From assembly GCA_000004985.1 (NCBI GenBank), contig GG739192.1: 4,186 nucleotides of DNA. One strand, given 5' to 3'. This DNA comes from Naegleria gruberi (taxonomy: Eukaryota). Position numbers and translations under genes: made by a program. Shown here one piece after another: positions 1-4,186 of this stretch. The notes below the pieces were generated by a model. It saw only the letters and a program-made list of their open reading frames with translations. It did no database searches and was not told the origin of the DNA. The number at the start of each line of letters is the position of its first letter. The first letter of the stretch is position 1.

Positions 1-6
1 TAAAAA

Positions 7-1329
7 ATGGTTGAAAACACTCTTTTCCAACCACGACAAGAACCAATTCATAAACGTTCAACAACTACTAGTAGAACATTCAATGTTCAAGGTGATAATA
101 ATTTATTAATTCAAAATCCAAATGTTTTACCTGAAGATGAAGAACAAGTTTATGAAGAATTAACTATATTTGATACACCACCTAAATCTAATTTATTATT
201 AAAACAACAACATCAATTTGATGATAATATTTTATATAATAGAAGTAATACATTTCTAAATGAAGATATAACTGATATTAATGAAAATTTAAATTTAAAT
301 AGTAAACAATTTAATTTATTTTATAAAAATAATATTTTATATATTTTATTAACATATTATTTATTTATTTGTGTTAAATTTCATAATAATACATTAATAT
401 ATCCAAATTCAATTTCTAATTTTTATTTATTTTTTAAAGATCAAATATTAACACCTATTTACAATTATGGAATTCCTAAAGATTTCAATATAATTATTTT
501 ATTAAGTATTTCAAATATTATTAATTTATTAAATGTATTTAATTATAATTTATATTTAAATTGGTTATTAAATTTATCAAGTATTTTAATTTTACATTTT
601 ACTAATTTATTTCCAATTACGGAATTTTATGAACATTATATTTCTTTATTTACAGTTACTATTTTATTAAATAATTTTATTAAAGTTAAGGAATTTAATC
701 ATTATAATTTATTTAGTATTTTATCAATTAGTATTTTATTTAAATATTATCAATTAAATGATTTTTCTTTATTAGGAAATTTAAATATTATTTATAATTT
801 ATTAATTTGTAATTTTGTATTTTTAAATAATATTAAATTATCAATCAATAGATTAGCATTTTTAAATACATTAAATTTATTAAATATGAATTTTAATGAA
901 ATTAATATTTTATCTATTTGTATATTTTTATTAGGTTACTATATATGGACAATATCAAATTTACAATATAAATATTTTAGAAATTATATTTCTTTTAATA
1001 ATACTGCTACTACTAATATTAAATCATTTCCATATTTTTTATTTAATTCTACAAAAACACCTAGATTTATATCTTCCAAAGATGGAAATTATATTTTAGC
1101 TGATAGTGGATGGTTAACATGTAGAAATATTGATTTATTTGGTGAATTATTAATTATATTTTCTATTTTTATTTTAAATATTAATATTATTTCGTTTATT
1201 ATATTTATTTGTAATGTTATTGATATTATTAATTTGGAAAATGAAAGAAATAATTTAAATATGAATAATAGTGATTATATTAAATATTGTAATTTAGTTC
1301 CTTTTAGATTGGTACCTTTTATTTATTAG
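7..1329 (+). CDS. Complete 440-aa multi-pass membrane protein. It is a divergent member of the sterol reductase (ERG4/ERG24, lamin-B receptor, TM7SF2, DHCR7) family, and the canonical signature residues are substituted.
   Basis: A 1,323-nt ORF stays open in extremely AT-rich DNA, where random sequence would hit TAA/TAG/TGA within tens of codons. The ATG at 7 sits in an A-rich context (taaaaaATGg) with an in-frame TAA at 1-3, and the stop is TAG at 1327-1329. The N-terminal ~100 aa are hydrophilic, followed by about 330 aa of strongly hydrophobic I/L/F/N/Y-rich segments consistent with multiple TM helices. The C-terminus '...ILADSGWLTCRNIDLFGEL...NERNN...DYIKYCNLVPFRLVPFIY' aligns by eye with the sterol-reductase C-terminus as I recall it for lamin-B receptor and ERG24: 'LLVSGWWGFVRHPNYLGDL...HREARDE...EKYCQRVPYRIFPYIY'. 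The SGW, R, G[DE]L, KYC and VP[FY]R[IL]xP[FY]IY-end positions are shared. Family membership is from recollection of those sequences and was not searched. Confidence 0.6.
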   Translation: MVENTLFQPRQEPIHKRSTTTSRTFNVQGDNNLLIQNPNVLPEDEEQVYEELTIFDTPPKSNLLLKQQHQFDDNILYNRSNTFLNEDITDINENLNLNSKQFNLFYKNNILYILLTYYLFICVKFHNNTLIYPNSISNFYLFFKDQILTPIYNYGIPKDFNIIILLSISNIINLLNVFNYNLYLNWLLNLSSILILHFTNLFPITEFYEHYISLFTVTILLNNFIKVKEFNHYNLFSILSISILFKYYQLNDFSLLGNLNIIYNLLICNFVFLNNIKLSINRLAFLNTLNLLNMNFNEINILSICIFLLGYYIWTISNLQYKYFRNYISFNNTATTNIKSFPYFLFNSTKTPRFISSKDGNYILADSGWLTCRNIDLFGELLIIFSIFILNINIISFIIFICNVIDIINLENERNNLNMNNSDYIKYCNLVPFRLVPFIY

Positions 1330-1330
1330 A

Positions 1331-1336
1331 AATAAA
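1331..1336 (+). promoter_or_regulatory. Candidate AATAAA polyadenylation signal for the upstream membrane-protein gene
   Basis: A canonical AATAAA hexamer lies 2 nt after the TAG stop at 1327-1329. Dictyostelium mRNAs have short 3' UTRs. AT-rich hexamers occur by chance in this DNA, so confidence is low. Confidence 0.3.
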
Positions 1337-1414
1337 ATTGTATTTGTAATTTATATTATATTAGATTTCATGATTAGTTTATCAAATATGGTTTATCAAC
1401 TAATTTTATGTGCT

Positions 1415-1485
1415 CGTCTCGTGGTGTAATGGTAGCATAGTGGACTTTGAATCCATTGACGGAGGTTCGATTCCTCCCGAGACGG
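1415..1485 (+). tRNA. tRNA-Gln, anticodon UUG, nuclear type, 71 nt including the discriminator
   Basis: The cloverleaf was folded by hand. The acceptor stem is CGTCTCG (1415-1421) paired with CGAGACG (1478-1484), a perfect 7-bp helix. The D stem is GTGT/GCAT around the D loop AATGGTA, which carries GG. The anticodon stem is GTGGA/TCCAT with loop CTTTGAA, giving anticodon TTG at 1447-1449. The variable loop is 4 nt (TGAC). The T arm is GGAGG-TTCGATT-CCTCC and the discriminator is G1485. The stretch TGGTGTAATGGT-AGCA...TGGACTTTGAATCCA closely resembles human tRNA-Gln-TTG as I recall it. Confidence 0.88.
1422..1474 (+). promoter_or_regulatory. Internal RNA polymerase III promoter of the tRNA: A box 1422-1432 (TGGTGTAATGG) and B box 1464-1474 (GGTTCGATTCC)
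   Basis: The B box matches the GGTTCGANTCC consensus exactly. The A box is a reasonable fit to TRGCNNAGTGG. Both sit at the canonical tRNA positions 8-19 and 52-62. Confidence 0.6.
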
Positions 1486-1500
1486 TAACGTGGCGAGCCA

Positions 1501-2847
1501 TNNNNNNNNNNNNNNNNNNNNNNNNNNNNNNNNNNNNNNNNNNNNNNNNNNNNNNNNNNNNNNNNNNNNNNNNNNNNNNNNNNNNNNNNNNNNNNNNNNN
1601 NNNNNNNNNNNNNNNNNNNNNNNNNNNNNNNNNNNNNNNNNNNNNNNNNNNNNNNNNNNNNNNNNNNNNNNNNNNNNNNNNNNNNNNNNNNNNNNNNNNN
1701 NNNNNNNNNNNNNNNNNNNNNNNNNNNNNNNNNNNNNNNNNNNNNNNNNNNNNNNNNNNNNNNNNNNNNNNNNNNNNNNNNNNNNNNNNNNNNNNNNNNN
1801 NNNNNNNNNNNNNNNNNNNNNNNNNNNNNNNNNNNNNNNNNNNNNNNNNNNNNNNNNNNNNNNNNNNNNNNNNNNNNNNNNNNNNNNNNNNNNNNNNNNN
1901 NNNNNNNNNNNNNNNNNNNNNNNNNNNNNNNNNNNNNNNNNNNNNNNNNNNNNNNNNNNNNNNNNNNNNNNNNNNNNNNNNNNNNNNNNNNNNNNNNNNN
2001 NNNNNNNNNNNNNNNNNNNNNNNNNNNNNNNNNNNNNNNNNNNNNNNNNNNNNNNNNNNNNNNNNNNNNNNNNNNNNNNNNNNNNNNNNNNNNNNNNNNN
2101 NNNNNNNNNNNNNNNNNNNNNNNNNNNNNNNNNNNNNNNNNNNNNNNNNNNNNNNNNNNNNNNNNNNNNNNNNNNNNNNNNNNNNNNNNNNNNNNNNNNN
2201 NNNNNNNNNNNNNNNNNNNNNNNNNNNNNNNNNNNNNNNNNNNNNNNNNNNNNNNNNNNNNNNNNNNNNNNNNNNNNNNNNNNNNNNNNNNNNNNNNNNN
2301 NNNNNNNNNNNNNNNNNNNNNNNNNNNNNNNNNNNNNNNNNNNNNNNNNNNNNNNNNNNNNNNNNNNNNNNNNNNNNNNNNNNNNNNNNNNNNNNNNNNN
2401 NNNNNNNNNNNNNNNNNNNNNNNNNNNNNNNNNNNNNNNNNNNNNNNNNNNNNNNNNNNNNNNNNNNNNNNNNNNNNNNNNNNNNNNNNNNNNNNNNNNN
2501 NNNNNNNNNNNNNNNNNNNNNNNNNNNNNNNNNNNNNNNNNNNNNNNNNNNNNNNNNNNNNNNNNNNNNNNNNNNNNNNNNNNNNNNNNNNNNNNNNNNN
2601 NNNNNNNNNNNNNNNNNNNNNNNNNNNNNNNNNNNNNNNNNNNNNNNNNNNNNNNNNNNNNNNNNNNNNNNNNNNNNNNNNNNNNNNNNNNNNNNNNNNN
2701 NNNNNNNNNNNNNNNNNNNNNNNNNNNNNNNNNNNNNNNNNNNNNNNNNNNNNNNNNNNNNNNNNNNNNNNNNNNNNNNNNNNNNNNNNNNNNNNNNNNN
2801 NNNNNNNNNNNNNNNNNNNNNNNNNNNNNNNNNNNNNNNNNNNNNNN
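1501..2847. other. Assembly gap: a 1,347-nt run of N with a sized estimate. It is unsequenced and should not be read as biological sequence.
   Basis: The run of n is contiguous and 1,347 long rather than the conventional 100, which suggests a scaffold gap with an estimated length. It begins 16 nt after the tRNA discriminator and ends exactly at the start of an (AAT)n tract inside the xdh reading frame. Confidence 0.95.
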
Positions 2848-2849
2848 AT

Positions 2850-4186
2850 GATAATAATAATAATATTAATGATATTAATGAAAATAATATTAATGAAAAT
2901 AATAATGATAATAATAATAATAATAATGATAATAATATTAATAATATTAATAATAATAATAATTCAAAAGTTAAAAGTTTAATTATTGGATCATCTATTA
3001 CAATAAGTAATTTAGAAGAATTTATTAAAAAACAAATTAAAATATTACCAAAATATCAATCACAAAGTTTAGAATGTATTTTACATCAAACAAAATATTT
3101 TGCATCTACACCTATTAGAAATGCAGCATGTTTAGCAGGTAATATTATAACTGCTAGTCCTGCAAGTGATTTAAATCCATTATGGGTTGCATTGGATTGT
3201 AATTTAAAAATTATGCAAATGGATGGTCATGTTAAAACTATTCCATTTAAGGAATTTTTTACTGGATATAGACAAGTACAATTAAAAAAGAGTGAATTAT
3301 TAATACATTTAGAAATACCATTACCACAATTAGATAATAATAATAATACAATACAATTAGTTAAATCATTTAAACAATCTAAAAGAAGAGAAGATGATAT
3401 TGCCATTGTTACATCTGCTATGAAAATTAAATTATTTAAAAATAATAATTTAAATAATATAAATAATAATAATTTAAATAATATTAATAATAATAATTCT
3501 AATTCTAATAATAATAATATAAATAATAATAATATAAATAATAAATATTATATTCAAGATATAAAATTAGTATATGGTGGTATGAATGCATATACAGTAT
3601 CAGCAGAAAAGACACGTCAATATTTAATAGGTAAAGAATTAAATGATGAAATATTTAATGAATCAATTGAATATTTAATTAAAGATTTACCATTAGCTTC
3701 AAATGCACCTGGTGGAATGATTGAATATAGAAAAACACTTTCATTATCTTTTTATTATAAATTTTATTTATTTTTATTAAAAGAATTAAAAATAAGAGAA
3801 TTAAATCAAGATGAAGAATCAGTTTTATTAAATCATCATTACATTCCAAGAATATATCCAAAAGGTGAACAATTTTATTCAAATACAATTGAAATTGGAC
3901 AATCTATTGGAAAATCAATTTTACATCAATCATCAAATATTCAAGTAACAGGTGAAGCTAAATATGTAGATGATATACAACCTATATATGGACAATTATA
4001 TGCAGCATTAGTACAATCAAGTAAACCATTAGCATTAATTAAATCAATTTCATATGATAAAGCATTATCAATGAAAGGTGTAATTGGTTATGTTGATTAT
4101 AGAGATGTTAAAGGACATAATAGAGTTGGTGCTGTTATACCTGATGATGAAGAATTATTCATTTCATTGAAAACTACTTGTATTGG
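2850..4186 (+). CDS. xdh: Partial xanthine dehydrogenase/oxidase CDS, internal fragment. It covers the C-terminal half of the FAD-binding domain, the linker, and the start of the Mo-pterin (a/b hammerhead) domain. It is open at both ends, cut by the gap on the 5' side and by the window end on the 3' side.
   Basis: Frame 3 is uninterrupted from the gap edge to position 4186. The translation carries XDH motifs in the correct order against human XDH as I recall it. '[27 protein letters not shown]' matches '[24 protein letters not shown]'. 'FKQSKRREDDIAIVTSAM' matches 'FKQASRREDDIAKVTSGM'. 'LVYGGMNAYTVSAEKT' matches 'LCYGGMANRTISALKT'. 'SNAPGGMIEYRKTLSLSFYYKFYL' matches '[24 protein letters not shown]'. 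'VTGEAKYVDDIQ...LIKSISYDKALSMKGVIGYVDYRDVKGHN...KTTCIG' matches 'ASGEAVYCDDIP...[29 protein letters not shown]...KVTCVG'. No intron-like interruption appears in the resolved part. Confidence 0.92.
2853..2963 (+). repeat. In-frame Asn-rich low-complexity tract of (AAT)n type, about 37 codons: NNNNINDINENNINENNNDNNNNNNDNNINNINNNNN. It lies within xdh, just upstream of the conserved 'IIGSSITIS' FAD-domain segment.
   Basis: An AAT/GAT/ATT codon run read in the xdh frame, with no stop codon. This is the typical Dictyostelium poly-Asn insertion. It abuts the 3' edge of the assembly gap. Confidence 0.8.
3441..3542 (+). repeat. Second in-frame Asn-rich insertion in xdh, 34 codons: NNNLNNINNNNLNNINNNNSNSNNNNINNNNINN. 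It sits between the conserved 'RREDDIAIVTSAM' and 'YGGM' segments of the FAD domain.
   Basis: Codons read directly in frame 3. The corresponding human segment, as recalled, is a short non-repetitive loop, 'RVLFKPGTTEVQELAL', so this is a lineage-specific low-complexity expansion. Confidence 0.8.

Noticed and set aside
7-1329. Possibility that the first ORF is interrupted by short AT-rich introns, or is itself intron or intergenic sequence, given its very high A+T
   Set aside because: A 440-codon open frame in this composition is extremely unlikely by chance. No GTAAGT...AG unit stands out against the many chance GTA/TAG strings. The C-terminal family match is in the same frame as the N-terminal ATG, so a single exon is the simplest model. 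This is not proven without cDNA.
1415-1485. Mitochondrial or organellar origin of the tRNA
   Set aside because: The tRNA is GC-balanced with canonical eukaryotic nuclear A and B boxes and a near-identical body to nuclear tRNA-Gln of other eukaryotes. The flanking genes are nuclear-type.
1490-2851. Listed 453-aa + strand ORF, MASH followed by X residues
   Set aside because: It consists almost entirely of translated N characters from the assembly gap, so the apparent ORF is an artefact. The real downstream coding frame for xdh is frame 3, not this frame, and this frame hits TGA at 2849-2851 as soon as real sequence resumes.
2853-2963. (AAT)n-rich stretches as non-coding microsatellites or intron sequence
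   Set aside because: They are in frame with no stop codon and are flanked on both sides by sequence aligning colinearly to XDH. They therefore behave as translated poly-Asn tracts, which is typical of Dictyostelium, rather than introns or intergenic simple repeats. The same reasoning applies to 3441-3542.
3679-3888. 69-aa ORF on the minus strand
   Set aside because: It lies antisense within a well-conserved stretch of xdh ('APGGMIEYRKTLSLSFYYKFYL...'). It is short and low-complexity (I/L/K-rich), as expected by chance on the reverse strand of AT-rich coding DNA, and it has no recognisable features.
1-4186. A prokaryotic-style novel system (CRISPR array, toxin-antitoxin, defence island) as hinted by the task
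   Set aside because: The window has no direct-repeat and spacer architecture, no Shine-Dalgarno and operon organisation, and no palindromic terminators. Composition, poly-Asn coding tracts, a eukaryotic-type tRNA-Gln with internal A and B boxes, AATAAA, and clear homologues of eukaryotic sterol reductase and XDH all indicate an ordinary nuclear locus of a dictyostelid. Proposing a bacterial system here would be unsupported.

Overview
This reads as nuclear DNA from a dictyostelid social amoeba (Dictyostelium discoideum-like), not a prokaryotic accessory region. The evidence is extreme AT-richness, in-frame AAT-codon poly-asparagine tracts inside conserved proteins, A-rich ATG contexts, and a sized run of N. 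Three + strand features flank a 1,347-nt assembly gap (1501-2847). (1) Positions 7-1329 hold a complete 440-aa multi-pass membrane protein. Its C-terminus matches the sterol reductase family (ERG4/ERG24, lamin-B receptor, TM7SF2, DHCR7), but the family's signature catalytic residues are replaced. (2) Positions 1415-1485 hold a nuclear-type tRNA-Gln(UUG) with a perfect B box, 85 bp after the upstream stop codon. (3) From 2850 to the window end, an open reading frame encodes an internal segment of xanthine dehydrogenase (xdh), from the FAD-binding domain into the start of the molybdopterin-binding domain. It carries two Dictyostelium-style Asn-rich insertions and is truncated 5' by the gap and 3' by the window end. 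The listed ORF 1490-2851 comes from translating N, and the minus-strand 69-aa ORF is antisense noise inside xdh. I see no CRISPR array, defence system or mobile element in the resolved sequence. The most interesting items are the apparently non-catalytic sterol-reductase paralog and what the gap immediately downstream of the tRNA is hiding.
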